From NCBI RefSeq assembly GCF_003334815.1, contig NZ_QOWO01000009.1: 64,000 nt of DNA; one strand, given 5' to 3'. Position numbers and translations under genes: made by a program. Positions 10,073-23,220 of the stretch are shown here, piece after piece; position 1 is the first letter of the stretch; every line of letters begins with the position of its first letter. The notes beneath the pieces are model-generated. The model saw only the letters and a list, made by a program, of their open reading frames with translations, made no database searches and was not told the origin of the DNA. The stretch comes from Escherichia coli (GTDB taxonomy: Bacteria > Pseudomonadota > Gammaproteobacteria > Enterobacterales > Enterobacteriaceae).

Positions 10073-11371
10073 TTAACTAAGCGTTTTCTGCCAGACAAAA
10101 CTTACGCCATTCTCACCTTCAGCCACACCTTCTTGCGTCACAAATACCCCTGCCGCCGCAATCAGCGTTTCGCCATAAAACAGCAGTGGCGTGGTGTCAC
10201 GTAGCCACGGCGGCACGCCCAGCTCTTGCCAGATTTTCTTTAGCTTACGTCCGCCGTTACGCCCGACAATATGCAGCAATCCTGGCGCTTTGAAACGCAC
10301 GCTGACCGCTTCGTCTGCACGCGGAGGGCGAATATCGCCTCCCGCATTAAGCTGTACACTTCCCAGCCCCGCCGGTAATTCCAGCGGTTGAAGCCACGTC
10401 TGCCACGGCACAATGTTTTCGCTTTGCCCGGTGACGGATTTAATCCACCACAGTTGCGACTGATAGCGTCGGATTTCAAACGCGCCCAAACGTAAACAGG
10501 GTGAGGCATCTTCCCGCGCCAGCGCCACTTCCTGCCAGATCCTCACCAACGCGTCGCGGGAAGGCATCGGTGCATTCTGCCCTGCCAGCCAGCGGCGGAT
10601 AATCGCCGCGCGGCGGGCATCACTCATCGCCAGCATTGGCACAATCTGCAGCGTCCCCTGCGGCGATTGACAGTGTGCTAAATCATCTGCCAGCAGTTCA
10701 TCCAGCAGGCTCTCTTGTTCAGCACAAAGTGCGGCGCTGCGGGCCGTTGCTTCGGCAAAATGCGGCCAACGCTGCTGCAATAACGGCACTACGCGCAGGC
10801 GCAGAAAGTTACGATCGTATGAGTCGTCCTGATTACTTTCGTCTTCAATCCAGCGTAAATCATACTGACGCGCCCACTGCACCAGTTCCCCCCGCGTGCG
10901 GGCGAGCAACGGGCGAATAAGCCGCGTTCCGGCAAACTCCGAGACTTCCGCCATAGCCGAAAGCCCGGCAGGGCCACTGCCGCGTTTTAGCGCCAGCAGA
11001 AAGGTTTCACATTGATCGTCGAGATGTTGCGCGGTGACCAGCACTTCACCGGGCAACAAGGTGCGGGCAAATGCCTGATAACGTGCCTGCCGCGCCTGGG
11101 CCTCAATGCCCAGTCCTTCTTGCGCAAGTTGTACGCGTTCGACCACCAGCGGCACCTGCCACTGTTGGCAGACGTTTTCGCAATGCGTAACCCAGGCATC
11201 GGCATTGGCACTTAAACCGTGATGCACATGAATAGCGCGCAGAGCGACACCCGGATTTTCCGTCCGCCACTGCACCAACTGATGCAGCAGAACGGTGGAG
11301 TCAAGCCCGCCGCTAAAGGCCACCAGAATCTGGCGTGAGGTGAGAAGTTGTCTATTGAGCGTGAGTGTCAT
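10073..11371 (-). CDS. tilS: tRNA(Ile)-lysidine synthetase
   Basis: 432 aa; PP-loop SGGLDS near the N-terminus. Confidence 0.95.
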
Positions 11372-11435
11372 GATGGTGCGATTTTACAGTAGCAATGCCC
11401 GGCACGTTACCGGGCAAATGCGGCGATGACAAGCC

Positions 11436-11825
11436 TTACTGCTCATACAGTTCCAACGGCAGCCCGTCCGGATCGTTAAAGAAGGTGAAGCGTTTTTGCG
11501 TGTATGGATCGACACGGATGGTTTCACACTTCACGTTATGGCTTTCAAGGTGCGCCACTGCCGCATCGATGTCATCAACGCTAAAAGCCAGATGACGCAG
11601 ACCGCAAGCTTCCGGTCGGCTGGGTCGTTCCGGCGGGAACGGAAATGAGAAAAGCTCAATCACATATTGCCCATTAAGCGCCAAATCCCCTTTCCATGAG
11701 TCGCGCGCTTCGCGATAGACTTCGCTTTGCAGCGTGAAACCAAGAATATCGCAGTAGAAAGCTTTGCTCACCGCATAATCCGTCGCAATAATCGCAATAT
11801 GGTGAACCTGTTTTAAACCCAGCAT
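11436..11825 (-). CDS. yaeR: Glyoxalase/VOC-family protein YaeR
   Basis: The track ORF is extended by 9 codons; start taken at MLGLKQVHHIAIIATDY (129 aa). Confidence 0.85.
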   Translation of the reverse strand: MLGLKQVHHIAIIATDYAVSKAFYCDILGFTLQSEVYREARDSWKGDLALNGQYVIELFSFPFPPERPSRPEACGLRHLAFSVDDIDAAVAHLESHNVKCETIRVDPYTQKRFTFFNDPDGLPLELYEQ

Positions 11826-11881
11826 AACGTCTCCTTTATTTGTTAACAGCACGTTACTCGCCCGGAAGCCGCTCTGGCAAG

Positions 11882-14023
11882 TTATCCCGCCATTTTTAGG
11901 ACTCGTACGCGGTAAACGCCGTCTTCGTCCTGTTTCGCGCCGTGAATATCCGTTTCAAAACCGGGGTAATGTTGCCCGACGGAACAAAGCATCAGTAGAA
12001 AATCGAGTACTGTGCGGCTCTCTTTGGTCAGCATTTCTCCAGGCATCAACAGCGGTACGCCCGGTGGATAAGGCAGGATCATATTTGCCGATACTCTACC
12101 GACCAGTTGTTCCAGCGCAATGGTTTCTACTTCGCCTTTAATTTGTCGTTGCCATGCCTGATGTGGCGTCATGATCATCTCCGGCAAAGTATCGAATGCC
12201 CGCAACATCAAACCGGGAAGATCGTGTTTACGAATCAGCTTATGGATCCCTTGTGCCAGATCCTGAATACGCATATTGCGGTAGAAATCGGGATCTTCTG
12301 CATAGAGATCGGGTAGCATATTTTTGATCCGCAGGTTGAGATCGTAAGAGCGTTTGAATTCCGTCAACCCACGCAATAATCCCATTGCTTTGGTTTTATC
12401 GATGCCAATACTAAAGAGAAACAGCAGGTTATAAGGGCCGGTTTTCTCTACTACGATCCCACGTTCGTCGAGGAATTTTGCTACCAGCGCCGCCGGGATC
12501 CCCTCCTCGCTCATATTGCCCTGCTCGTCCATCCCCGGTGTCAAAATAGTGACTTTAACCGGATCGAGAAACATATGATCGGCATCCGCATCGTTAAAGC
12601 CGTGCCACTGTTCGCCAGGCGCAACGGGCCAGCATTCGGCTTCATCCACCTGCGGCGGTTGCCAGATATCGAAAAACCAACCGTCAGACTCTTCCCGCAG
12701 CCGCTGGACCTCTTTGCGAAAATGCAGAGCTCGTTCTACTGAACGGTTAATCAGCCGTTTGCCCGGATTACCACGCAGCATCGCCGCCGCCGTCTCAACC
12801 GAAGCAACAATGGGATAACTGGGCGAGGTGGTGGTATGCATCATAAAGGCTTCGTTAAAGGCCTCTTCGTCATACTCGCCTTTAATGTGGATCAGCGAAG
12901 CCTGCGATAACGCCGCCAGCATTTTGTGGGTCGATTGCGTTTCGAAGATCACTTTTCCCGCAACACGCTCGCCGCTCATACCACTTTTACCCTGGTAGAT
13001 CGGATGAAAATGGGTGTACGGCACCCAGGCAGAATCGAAGTGAATCGACGGGACATCCAGCGTCTGTTTGATCCAGTCGGTGTTGTAGAGCAAGCCATCA
13101 TAGGTGGAGTTGGTGATCACCGCATGAACCGGCCATTGTGCTTGCGTGGTAGCAGCGACTTTCTCTTCGATGCTGTCGCGAGTAAATTCACGGCGCGGGA
13201 TCCCACCAAGAATCCCCAACGCATTACGCGTCGGTTTCAGCCAGACTGGCACTACATCGTTCATCATCAACAGATGCGCCAGCGATTTATGACAATTGCG
13301 GTCGATCAACAGCGTACTGCCGGATGGCGCGGCGTACATACCCACAATTTTGTTCGACGTCGATGTTCCGTTGGTAACGATATAACTCTGTTCCGCGCCA
13401 AAAGTCCGCGCGATGTACTCTTCCGCTTCCAGGTGTGGCCCGGTGTGGTCGAGCAACGAACCAAGCTCGGTGACCGAAATAGAGACATCAGCCTTAAGAG
13501 TATTCCCGCCGAAAAAATCATAAAACAGACAGCCAACCGGGCTTTTTTGATATGCGGTGCCGCCCATATGCCCCGGCGTACAAAAGGTGTACTTCCGCTC
13601 TTTGACGTAGGTAAACAAGGCTTTCGTGAACGGCGGTGTAATGTTATCAAGATATTCGTCGGTGTACTGACGCATACGAATGGCGATATCTTCCGCCTGC
13701 CCCAGCGCATATTCAAAAAACCAGAGCGCCATCCGCATATCCTGCACGCTGACATCCATCGTCGAGTGGGTGTTGATGAAGGCATAAAGCGGGAGATATT
13801 CATTAAGCTGATTGATATCGCTACATAAATCGAGACTGTACTCATCCCAGTCAAAAATCACGCCGCAAATTCGAGGGTTATGTTCGATAAATTTCAGCAA
13901 ATCAACGCTGTTTTGTGGCCAGATAATCTGAAAGCCTTGCGCCACCAGCGCCGACTCCAGTTCTTTGATGGGCTCATCTTTATAAAAGACGCCATGCGGT
14001 CCCATAATGGCAATGATGTTCAT
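11882..14023 (-). CDS. ldcC: Constitutive lysine decarboxylase
   Basis: 713 aa; fold-type I PLP decarboxylase with the STHKML lysine motif; N-terminus MNIIAIMGPHGVFYKDEPIKELE. Confidence 0.95.
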   Translation of the reverse strand: MNIIAIMGPHGVFYKDEPIKELESALVAQGFQIIWPQNSVDLLKFIEHNPRICGVIFDWDEYSLDLCSDINQLNEYLPLYAFINTHSTMDVSVQDMRMALWFFEYALGQAEDIAIRMRQYTDEYLDNITPPFTKALFTYVKERKYTFCTPGHMGGTAYQKSPVGCLFYDFFGGNTLKADVSISVTELGSLLDHTGPHLEAEEYIARTFGAEQSYIVTNGTSTSNKIVGMYAAPSGSTLLIDRNCHKSLAHLLMMNDVVPVWLKPTRNALGILGGIPRREFTRDSIEEKVAATTQAQWPVHAVITNSTYDGLLYNTDWIKQTLDVPSIHFDSAWVPYTHFHPIYQGKSGMSGERVAGKVIFETQSTHKMLAALSQASLIHIKGEYDEEAFNEAFMMHTTTSPSYPIVASVETAAAMLRGNPGKRLINRSVERALHFRKEVQRLREESDGWFFDIWQPPQVDEAECWPVAPGEQWHGFNDADADHMFLDPVKVTILTPGMDEQGNMSEEGIPAALVAKFLDERGIVVEKTGPYNLLFLFSIGIDKTKAMGLLRGLTEFKRSYDLNLRIKNMLPDLYAEDPDFYRNMRIQDLAQGIHKLIRKHDLPGLMLRAFDTLPEMIMTPHQAWQRQIKGEVETIALEQLVGRVSANMILPYPPGVPLLMPGEMLTKESRTVLDFLLMLCSVGQHYPGFETDIHGAKQDEDGVYRVRVLKMAG

Positions 14024-14077
14024 GTGTTCCTCCTGGAAAATCCTTCCTTAATCATAGCCTGCTCAAACCGTGGCGAT

Positions 14078-14101
14078 AAAAAAGGGCCACCGAAGTGACC
14101 C
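14078..14101 (-). terminator. Intrinsic terminator downstream of accA
   Basis: Minus strand GGGTCAC-TTCG-GTGGCCC followed by TTTTTT; it also reads as a hairpin plus T-run on the plus strand. Confidence 0.5.
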
Positions 14102-14121
14102 TTTTTCAGAACTTTTGCGAA

Positions 14122-15081
14122 TTACGCGTAACCGTAGCTCATCAGGCGCTGATAACGACGATTTTTTAAATCTTCAGTGCTTAACACGTCGAGATCGGCC
14201 AGATCCGCCAGCAGTTGCGCTTTCAACGATGCCGCCATCGCTTCCGGGTTACGGTGAGCACCACCCAGTGGTTCCGGGATGATGGAGTCGATCAGTTTCA
14301 GTTCTTTCAGACGCGGAGCAATGATACCCATCGCTTCAGCCGCCAGCGGCGCTTTGTCGGCGCTCTTCCACAGAATGGACGCACAACCTTCCGGCGAGAT
14401 AACGGAATAGGTGCTGTATTGCAGCATATTCACTTTATCGCCCACGCCAATCGCCAGCGCACCGCCAGAACCACCTTCACCGATAACCGTACAAACTACC
14501 GGTACGCCGAGGCGAGACATTTCACGCAGGTTGCGTGCAATGGCTTCAGACTGACCACGCTCTTCTGCGCCCACGCCAGGATAAGCCCCCGGGGTGTCGA
14601 TAAAGGTGATGATAGGCATCTTAAAGCGTTCAGCCATTTGCATCAGACGCAGTGCTTTGCGGTAACCTTCTGGCGCTGGCATACCAAAGTTACGGCGAAT
14701 TTTTTCTTTGGTTTCACGACCTTTTTGATGACCAATGATCATCACCGGACGACCATCGAGACGGGCGATACCACCGACGATAGCTTTATCGTCTGCATAC
14801 GCGCGGTCGCCAGCCAGTTCGTCAAATTCATCAAATGCCAGGCGAACGTAATCCAGGGTATAAGGACGCTGTGGATGGCGTGCCAGTTGCGCAATCTGCC
14901 ATGCACCGAGATCGGCGAAGATTTTACGTGTCAGTTCTACGCTTTTTTCACGCAGACGATGCACTTCTTCATCGATGTTAATATCCAGTTTCTCATCCTG
15001 ACGGCTAACCGCAGTCAGAGAATCGATTTTCGCTTCCAGCTCTGCAATCGGCTGTTCAAAATCAAGGAAATTCAGACTCAT
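14122..15081 (-). CDS. accA: Acetyl-CoA carboxylase carboxyltransferase alpha subunit
   Basis: 319 aa; N-terminus [22 protein letters not shown]. Confidence 0.96.
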   Translation of the reverse strand: MSLNFLDFEQPIAELEAKIDSLTAVSRQDEKLDINIDEEVHRLREKSVELTRKIFADLGAWQIAQLARHPQRPYTLDYVRLAFDEFDELAGDRAYADDKAIVGGIARLDGRPVMIIGHQKGRETKEKIRRNFGMPAPEGYRKALRLMQMAERFKMPIITFIDTPGAYPGVGAEERGQSEAIARNLREMSRLGVPVVCTVIGEGGSGGALAIGVGDKVNMLQYSTYSVISPEGCASILWKSADKAPLAAEAMGIIAPRLKELKLIDSIIPEPLGGAHRNPEAMAASLKAQLLADLADLDVLSTEDLKNRRYQRLMSYGYA

Positions 15082-15093
15082 AGTATTCCTGTA

Positions 15094-18000
15094 TTAGTCA
15101 AACTCCAGTTCCACCTGCTCCGAACCAATGAGGCCACGGAGATCGTTTAATAAACGATCGCTCGGAGAGACACGCCACGTCGCGCCAAAACGCAACCGCG
15201 CGCGTGCATCCGCCCTCTGATAGTAGAGATGTACTGGAATTGTCCCAGAGCGGTGGGGTTCCAGAGACTGACGGAGTCGGTTTAAAAGCTGGTCATCAAT
15301 TTGCCTGTCCGTCAGCGAGATAGCAAGCCCGCGAGCATATTTTTCCCGGGCTTCGTCAATATCCATCACTTCGCGAGCGGTCATTTTAAGCCCACCGCTG
15401 AAGTCATCAAAGCTGACCTGTCCGCTGACGATAAGTATGCGGTCTTTTTCCAGCAATTGCTGGTATTTATCCAGGGCGTCAGTAAACAACATCACTTCCA
15501 GCCGCCCGGAACGGTCATCCAGCGTGCAGATACCGATACGATTGCCGCGCTTGGTGACCATAACCCGCGCGGCAACAACGAGCCCCGCAGCCGTGATGAC
15601 TTTACCACGTTCTGTCGGGTGCATGTCTTTCAGCCTTACGCCTCCGACATAACGCTCAATCTCTTTTAAATACTGGTTGATAGGGTGTCCGGTCAGGTAC
15701 AGGCCTAACGTTTCACGTTCCCCATCTAATACCACCTGCTCCGGCCACGGTTGGCAGCTGGCGTAGGATTGTTCAATTTGTTCCGGCTCTTCGGCCAGCA
15801 CGCCGAACATATCGGCCTGACCGATAGCTTCCGCTTTCGCGTGTTGATCTGCCGCTTTTAACGCATCGCCCAGCGAGTTCATCAGCGCTGCGCGATGTGG
15901 CCCAAGACGGTCAAACGCCCCGGACATGATCAGTTTTTCCAGCACGCGACGGTTCAACTTTTTGGTGTCGGTACGGGCGCAGAGATCAAACAGTTCGCGG
16001 AAGTAGCCGCCTTTATTACGGGCTTCGATGATGGCCTCAATCGGACCTTCACCGACCCCTTTGATCGCGCCAATACCATACACGATTTCGCCGTCGTCGT
16101 TGACGTGGAAATGGTAAAGACCGGAGTTTATATCTGGTGGCAGGATTTTCAGCCCCATCCGCCAGCACTCATCCACCAGACCCACCACCTTCTCGGTGTT
16201 GTCCATATCGGCGGTCATTACCGCCGCCATAAACTCCGCAGGATAGTGCGCTTTCAGCCATAACGTTTGATATGACACCAAAGCATAGGCCGCAGAGTGC
16301 GATTTGTTAAATCCGTAACCAGCGAATTTCTCCACCAGGTCGAAGATTTTCATCGCCAGTTCAGCGTTGATTCCGTTCTTTTCTGCACCTTCAGCAAATA
16401 CAGAACGTTGCTTAGCCATCTCTTCCGGCTTTTTCTTACCCATCGCACGACGCAGCATATCCGCGCCACCGAGGGTATAACCAGAAAGCACCTGCGCAAT
16501 CTGCATGACCTGTTCCTGATACAGGATAATGCCGTAGGTTGGCTCCAGTACCGGTTTCAGGCTTTCATGCTGCCACTGTACGTCCGGATAGGAGATCTCT
16601 TCACGACCATGTTTACGGTCGATAAAGTTATCCACCATCCCTGATTGCAACGGACCGGGGCGGAACAGTGCCACTAGGGCGATCATATCTTCGAAGCAGT
16701 CAGGTTGTAGACGCTTGATCAGGTCCTTCATGCCGCGCGATTCAAGCTGGAATACCGCCGTGGTTTCCGAGCGTTGCAGCATGTCGAAGCTTTTCTTATC
16801 ATCCAGCGGGATCGCAGCGATATCCAGCGGCGGCTCGCCATTCTTCGCCCGCCGCTTGTTGATCATCTCCAGCGCCCAGTTGATGATGGTGAGCGTACGC
16901 AAACCAAGGAAGTCGAACTTCACCAGTCCGGCGTATTCAACGTCGCTTTTATCAAACTGGGTGACCGGATGTTTGCCCTCTTCATCGCAGTAAAGCGGCG
17001 CAAAATCGGTAATTTTGGTCGGCGCGATAACCACCCCACCGGCGTGCTTACCGGCGTTACGGGTGACCCCTTCCAGTTTGCGCGCCATGTCGATCAGCGC
17101 CTTAACTTCTTCATCCGCTTCGTAGATTTCCGGCAGCTGCGGCTCGGCTTCAAACGCTTTCGCCAGCGTCATCCCCGGATCGGGCGGGATCAGTTTCGAG
17201 ATACGATCGACAAAGCCGTACGGATGCCCCAGCACGCGGCCTACGTCGCGGATCACCGCTTTCGCCGCCATTGTACCGAAGGTGATGATCTGCGATACCG
17301 CATCACGACCGTACATGTCCGCTACGTGCTCGATAACCTGATCGCGTTTCTCCATACAGAAGTCAACGTCGAAGTCAGGCATGGAGACACGTTCCGGGTT
17401 AAGGAAACGTTCGAACAGCAGGTCAAATTCCAGCGGATCGAGGTCGGTGATTTTCAGCGCGTAGGCCACCAGTGAACCCGCACCGGAGCCACGGCCTGGC
17501 CCTACCGGTACGCCGTTATCTTTCGACCACTGGATAAATTCCATAACGATGAGGAAGTAGCCCGGGAAGCCCATCTGGTTGATAACCTGAAGTTCAGTCT
17601 CCAGACGTTCGTCATATTCCGGGCGGCGCTTAAGACGTTCTTCCTCATCAGGGAATAAAAAGGCCAGACGCTCTTCCAGGCCCTCTTTTGCACGCTTGAC
17701 CAGATAATCTTCGGTGCTCATGTCCCCGGTCGGGAACTGCGGCAGGAAGTATTCACCAAGACGCACGGTTACGTTACAGCGTTTGGCGATCTCAACGGTG
17801 TTGGCAAGGGCTTCGGGGATGTCGGCAAACAGCTCACACATCTCCTCTTCGCTACGCATATATTGCTGCGGCGAATAGTTACGCGGGCGTTTAGGATCGT
17901 CGAGGGTAAAGCCGTCGTGGATCGCGACGCGGATTTCGTGTGCGTCAAAGTCGCTGCTGTCGATAAAGCGCACGTCGTTGGTCGCCACGACGGGCAAACC

Positions 18001-18576
18001 GCGCGCTTCCGCCAGTTCCACCGCCGCGTGCAGATAGCTTTCTTCATCCGGCCTGCCGGTGCGGATCAGCTCGAGAAAATAGCGATCCGGGAAGTGTTCT
18101 TCATAAAACGCGACACACTCATCTACCAGCGCGCTGTTACCACGCAAAAGACTGCGTCCGACGTCGCCCATGCGTCCGCCGGAAAGAAGGATCAACCCTT
18201 CGTTTAATTCGATAAGCCAGTCGCGATCGATGATCGGCCCGGCGGCACCGTACCCGCGCTGATACGCTTTTGAGATCAGCAACGTCAGATTCTGATAGCC
18301 GGTATTGTTCGCCGCCAGTACCGTCAGGTGGGTTAACTCATCACCCAGCAGGTCGCACTGGACGTTAAAATCTGCCCCGACGATAGGCTTAATCCCTGCG
18401 CCATGTCCCGCTCCGTAGAACTTCACCAGACCACAAAGGTTGGTGAAATCGGTGATCGCCAGTGCTGGCATACCCAACGCCGCCGCCTTTTTTACCAACG
18501 GTGCGGTTTTGGCCAGGCCATCGATCATCGAGTAGTCGCTGTGCACCCGCAGGTGTACGAAACGTGGTTCAGACAT
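15094..18576 (-). CDS. dnaE: DNA polymerase III alpha subunit
   Basis: 1160 aa; N-terminal PHP domain ([16 protein letters not shown]). Confidence 0.97.
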   Translation of the reverse strand: MSEPRFVHLRVHSDYSMIDGLAKTAPLVKKAAALGMPALAITDFTNLCGLVKFYGAGHGAGIKPIVGADFNVQCDLLGDELTHLTVLAANNTGYQNLTLLISKAYQRGYGAAGPIIDRDWLIELNEGLILLSGGRMGDVGRSLLRGNSALVDECVAFYEEHFPDRYFLELIRTGRPDEESYLHAAVELAEARGLPVVATNDVRFIDSSDFDAHEIRVAIHDGFTLDDPKRPRNYSPQQYMRSEEEMCELFADIPEALANTVEIAKRCNVTVRLGEYFLPQFPTGDMSTEDYLVKRAKEGLEERLAFLFPDEEERLKRRPEYDERLETELQVINQMGFPGYFLIVMEFIQWSKDNGVPVGPGRGSGAGSLVAYALKITDLDPLEFDLLFERFLNPERVSMPDFDVDFCMEKRDQVIEHVADMYGRDAVSQIITFGTMAAKAVIRDVGRVLGHPYGFVDRISKLIPPDPGMTLAKAFEAEPQLPEIYEADEEVKALIDMARKLEGVTRNAGKHAGGVVIAPTKITDFAPLYCDEEGKHPVTQFDKSDVEYAGLVKFDFLGLRTLTIINWALEMINKRRAKNGEPPLDIAAIPLDDKKSFDMLQRSETTAVFQLESRGMKDLIKRLQPDCFEDMIALVALFRPGPLQSGMVDNFIDRKHGREEISYPDVQWQHESLKPVLEPTYGIILYQEQVMQIAQVLSGYTLGGADMLRRAMGKKKPEEMAKQRSVFAEGAEKNGINAELAMKIFDLVEKFAGYGFNKSHSAAYALVSYQTLWLKAHYPAEFMAAVMTADMDNTEKVVGLVDECWRMGLKILPPDINSGLYHFHVNDDGEIVYGIGAIKGVGEGPIEAIIEARNKGGYFRELFDLCARTDTKKLNRRVLEKLIMSGAFDRLGPHRAALMNSLGDALKAADQHAKAEAIGQADMFGVLAEEPEQIEQSYASCQPWPEQVVLDGERETLGLYLTGHPINQYLKEIERYVGGVRLKDMHPTERGKVITAAGLVVAARVMVTKRGNRIGICTLDDRSGRLEVMLFTDALDKYQQLLEKDRILIVSGQVSFDDFSGGLKMTAREVMDIDEAREKYARGLAISLTDRQIDDQLLNRLRQSLEPHRSGTIPVHLYYQRADARARLRFGATWRVSPSDRLLNDLRGLIGSEQVELEFD

Positions 18577-18612
18577 CTTCAGATTCCGGTTTACTTAATC
18601 TCGACACAAGAA

Positions 18613-19209
18613 TCAGGACGCAAGTCCCAGTGCGCGTTTGACAGGCCCAAAGCTGCGCCGATGGTGTTCGGTCGCGCCGTGTTCAGCCAGTTTTTCCAGA
18701 TGAAAAGCGGTTGGGTACCCTTTGTGTTGGGCAAAACCATATTGCGGGAAAACAATATCCAGCGCCGCCATTTCGGCGTCACGCGTCACTTTCGCCAGGA
18801 TAGACGCGGCACTGATTTCCGGTACGCGGCTATCGCCTTTCACCACAGCCATCGCAGGCATCGGTAATTTCGGGCAGCGGTTACCATCAATCAACACATA
18901 TTCCGGCGCAATATGCAGCCCAGCGACGGCACGCTGCATCGCCAGCATGGTCGCATGAAGAATGTTCAGCTCGTCGATTTCGTGGGGTTCCGCGCGGCCC
19001 AGACTCCAGCTCAACGCTTTCTCTTTGATCTCTTCATAGAGCGCCAGACGGCGTTTTTCGCTCAGCTTTTTGGAATCATTCAGCCCGGCAATCGGGCGCG
19101 CCGGGTCAAGGATCACCGCAGCGGTGACGACCGCGCCAACTAACGGCCCGCGTCCGACTTCATCCACACCCGCAACCAGCTGCGTGTGCGGATAAACAAA
19201 TTCGATCAT
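18613..19209 (-). CDS. rnhB: Ribonuclease HII
   Basis: 198 aa; N-terminus [23 protein letters not shown]. Confidence 0.95.
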
Positions 19210-20354
19210 TGTGCTAACTCCAGAACGGCTTGTGCCGCCTGCTCATCGGCATTGCAGCGGATCTGCTGATGCAGTTCACGGAAGGTATCGTGCATCGCGT
19301 GGCTGGTTTTCCCGTTCGCCAACAGCGGTAACAGCGCCGCAGCCAGTTTTTGCGGCTCACACTCTTCCTGCAATAATTCTTTGACTAACTCTCTGCCCGC
19401 CAGCAGATTTGGCAGCGAGACATAATCAGTTTTCACCAGCCGCTTCGCCAACCAGAAGGTAAAAGGCTTCATGCGATATCCCACCACCATCGGGCATTTC
19501 GCCAGCATACACTCCAGGGCTGCCGTACCCGACGCCAGTAGCGCCGCATCGCTGGCGACCATCGCCTCACGGCCCATCCCATCCAGCAAATGAACTGAAA
19601 GGTCTGGCGCGACTTCAGCTTTGATGCGTTCAAACTGCTCGCGGCGTTTGGCATTCACCAGTGGCACCACGATTTCGAGATCCGGATATGTCTGGCGCAA
19701 AAGCTGGGCCGTTTTCAGGAAATCGGCACTAAGCATTTCAACTTCTGCACCACGGCTCCCCGGTAGCAACGCCAGGCAGTGGGCATCGTGAGGGATCCCC
19801 AGCACATCACGGGCGGCATTTTTATCTGGATCTAATGGCATGGCATCAGCCATGGTATGACCGATAAAGCGGCACGGTACGTTGTATTTGTCATAAAACG
19901 CTTTTTCGAAAGGCAGAAATGCGAGCACCAGATCGGTGGCTCTGCCTATTTTGAAAACACGTTTCTGTCGCCACGCCCAGACTGACGGACTGACGTAATG
20001 AATGGTTTTGATACCCTGCTTTTTGAGGTTACCTTCAAGAGTAATATTGAAGTCAGGCGCATCAATACCAACAAAAACATCTGGCTTCAGTTCGCCAAAA
20101 CGCTTTGTCAGATCGGCACGAATATGCAGTAAGCGACGCAGACGACCGAGCACTTCAACAATGCCCATCACCGCCAGTTCTTCCATTTCGTACCAGGCTT
20201 CGCAGCCTTCAGCCTGCATTCGTGGCCCGGCAACACCAACAAAGCGGGCGTTGGGCACATGTTCTTTCAGAGCGCGGATTAAACCGGCCCCCAGGATATC
20301 GCCGGAGGTTTCTCCGGCGACCAGGGCAATCGTTAATGGACGCTGTTCAGTCAT
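19206..20354 (-). CDS. lpxB: Lipid-A-disaccharide synthase
   Basis: 382 aa; stop overlaps the rnhB start by 4 nt. Confidence 0.95.
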
Positions 20355-21142
20355 TAACGAATCAGACCGCGCGTTGAGCGTGCAAAGAAATCGGTAAAGG
20401 CTTTCACTTCCGGATATGTTTCCGCCAGTTCAGCAATTTCCGGTTTCACTTCATCGAGCGTTTTACCGCTACGATAAATCAGCTTATACGCATTGCGGAT
20501 AGCGGTAATCGCCTCACGGCTGAATCCGCGGCGCTTCAGCCCTTCGATATTGACACCGAACGGCGTTGCGTGGTTACCCTGCGCAATGACATAAGGAGGG
20601 ACGTCCTGCGCCACACCGGAGCAGCCGCCAACCATCACGTGCGCACCAATGATGCAGAACTGATGGACTGCGGTCATGCCGCCGATGATCGCGAAGTCGT
20701 CAACCGATACGTGACCCGCCAGCGTTGCGTTGTTGGCGAGAATACAGCGGTTACCTACCGTACAATCGTGCGCAATGTGCGCGTTGATCATCAGTAAGTT
20801 GTCGCTGCCCACCTTCGTCAATCCACCGCCCTGGACTGTGCCACGATGAATGGTGACGCTTTCGCGAATGCGGTTACGATCGCCGATTTCCACACGGGTC
20901 GGTTCGCCAGCATATTTCAGATCCTGGTTAACTTCGCCGATGGAGGCGAACTGATAAATCTCATTATCGCGGCCAATTTTAGTATGACCATTCACGACAA
21001 CGTGAGATTTCAGTACGGTACCCTCACCAATTTCGACATGGGGTCCAACGATACAAAAAGGACCAATGTGTGCGTTCGCGCCAATTGACGCGCCCTCTTC
21101 CACAATGGCGGTTGGATGCACAAAGGCGGATTTATCAATCAC
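20354..21142 (-). CDS. lpxA: UDP-N-acetylglucosamine O-acyltransferase
   Basis: 262 aa left-handed beta-helix protein with hexapeptide repeats; overlaps lpxB by 1 nt. Confidence 0.95.
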
Positions 21143-21145
21143 GTA

Positions 21146-21601
21146 TCAGGCCTCCCGGCTACGAGCACACATCATCGTTGCTTCGCAAACTACTTTACCA
21201 TCGACCAGAGCAACCCCTTTAAAACGGGTCAGGCCGCGGCGCGTTTTTTCGAAAGTGACTTCCATGATCATTTGATCGCCAGGCACGACCGGGCGCTTGA
21301 AGCGCGCTTCGTCAATACCAGCGAAGTAGTACAGCTCACCCGGTTCCAGTTTTCCTACGCTTTTAAACGCCAGAATACCTGTTGCCTGTGCCATTGCTTC
21401 CAGAATCAGCACACCCGGGAAAATCGGTTTTCCAGGGAAATGGCCCTGGAAGAATGGCTCATTGACAGAGACATTTTTTACTGCGCGCAGAAAACGACCT
21501 TCTTCAAAATCCAGCACGCGATCCACCAGTAAGAACGGGAAACGGTGCGGCAGAAGTTCTAAAATCTCTTCAATCTGCAGAGTATGAGTGTTAGTAGTCA
21601 A
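21146..21601 (-). CDS. fabZ: 3-hydroxyacyl-ACP dehydratase FabZ
   Basis: 151 aa from a TTG start giving (M)[22 protein letters not shown]; the track ORF (182 aa) runs to an upstream ATG with no homology. Confidence 0.9.
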
Positions 21602-21705
21602 GATACTCTTCCTGTCAAAATATAAGAAACGACAATAATAACACGGCCTGCCGCAATCGTAAGAATGAGACAGGCCGTAAAGTTTGGCGAACAAAAGATG
21701 GAACG

Positions 21706-22731
21706 TTAGTCTTGTTGATTAACCTTGCGCTCAAGCGATTTCAGACGCTTGCTCATGTCATCAATGTTCATCACCAGTGCAGCGGTTTTGCGCCAGACTT
21801 TGTTGGGTTGCAGCGGAATGCCTGAGGAATAGACGCCTGGTTCAGTGATGGGACGCATCACCATACCCATGCCCGTAACCGTCACTTTGTCGCATATTTC
21901 CATATGCCCGTTGATTACGCTGGCTCCGCCGATCATGCAGTAACGACCAATTTTCAGGCTGCCCGCCATAATGACGCCACCGGCAACCGCCGTATTGTCG
22001 CCAATCACGACGTTATGTGCAATCTGGCACTGGTTATCAATGATCACGCCATTGCCAATAATAGTGTCATCCAGCGCGCCGCGATCGATGGTTGTGCAGG
22101 CACCGATCTCCACGCGATCGCCAATAATTACGCGACCAATCTGTGGGATCTTCACCCAGTTACCACGATCGTTGGCATAACCAAAGCCGTCTGCGCCTAC
22201 CACTGTTCCGGACTGGATCAGGCAATTCTGACCGATCTGGATCTCATGGTAAATGGTTACGTTCGCCCAGAGACGCGAACCTGCACCGATTTTGCTGTTT
22301 TTACCTACGAAGCAACCGGCACCGATAATCACGTTATCGCCCAGTTCAACGCCGGACTCAATCACCGCGTTAGCGCCAATCGATACGTTGTTACCCAGCT
22401 TCGCCGTCGCGTCGATCACCGCACTGGGTGCAATGTTCTGCGCGGGCTGCGGCGTGGTATCTAAAATTTGCGCCATGCGCGCGTAAGTCAGGTAGGGATT
22501 CTTCACTACCAGTGCGGCACTTTTCGCGAAAGGAAGATCGTCCTGGGTCATGACAACCGCGGACGCCTGGCACAAGCCTAAATGCTCACGGTATTTTGGG
22601 TTAACCATGAACGTAATGTGACCTGTTTGTGCAGATTGCATGGACGCAACGCCGGTGATGACGATATCGCCATCACCGTGTAGTTCTGCATCCAACTGCT
22701 GCGCTAAATCAGCCAGTCGAATTGAAGGCAT
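21706..22731 (-). CDS. lpxD: UDP-3-O-(3-hydroxymyristoyl)glucosamine N-acyltransferase
   Basis: 341 aa; hexapeptide-repeat acyltransferase. Confidence 0.95.
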
Positions 22732-22734
22732 TAC

Positions 22735-23220
22735 TTATTTAACCTGTTTCAGTACGTCGGCAGTGATGTCTTTTACATCGCTGCTGTTGTAAGCAACGGC
22801 GTTTGCATCAACAACCAGATCGATATCCTGGCTGTTGGCAACGGATTTCACAGCAGTCTGGATACGAGTAACCAGTTTGCCGCGTTCTTCGTTGGAACGA
22901 CGTGCGCGATCCTGCTCAAAAGCCTGCGCTTTCTGAGCAAAAGTCTGGCGCTGAGCCATCACGTCTTTTTCCAGCTTAGTGCGATCGCTGCCCGCTTTCA
23001 TGGACTGCAGCTTTTTCATTTTAGCCTGCAGATCGGTTTCCATACGCTGCAGTTCGCTGGCACGGCCTTTGAACTCATTTTCCAGCGTGTTAGAAACACC
23101 GGTTTTCTGCGCTACCTGCTGGAACAGGCTGCCCATGTTGACGATTGCAATTTTGTCAGCCGCCTGAGCAGAAGTTGCCAGTGCTAAACCGAGACCTGCA
23201 GCTAATAACCACTTTTTCAC
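22735..23220 (-). CDS. skp: Periplasmic chaperone Skp
   Basis: 161 aa; signal peptide [20 protein letters not shown]. Confidence 0.95.
   Translation of the reverse strand: MKKWLLAAGLGLALATSAQAADKIAIVNMGSLFQQVAQKTGVSNTLENEFKGRASELQRMETDLQAKMKKLQSMKAGSDRTKLEKDVMAQRQTFAQKAQAFEQDRARRSNEERGKLVTRIQTAVKSVANSQDIDLVVDANAVAYNSSDVKDITADVLKQVK

Noticed and set aside
12926-13828. 300 aa ORF on the plus strand inside ldcC
   Set aside because: It is entirely antisense to a well-supported 713 aa gene and its translation is Arg/His-rich with no recognisable domain; typical shadow ORF.
16774-17475. 233 aa plus-strand ORF inside dnaE, along with the other plus-strand ORFs between 15301 and 18867
   Set aside because: Antisense to dnaE, low-complexity Arg/Phe/His-rich translations, no start context; shadow ORFs.
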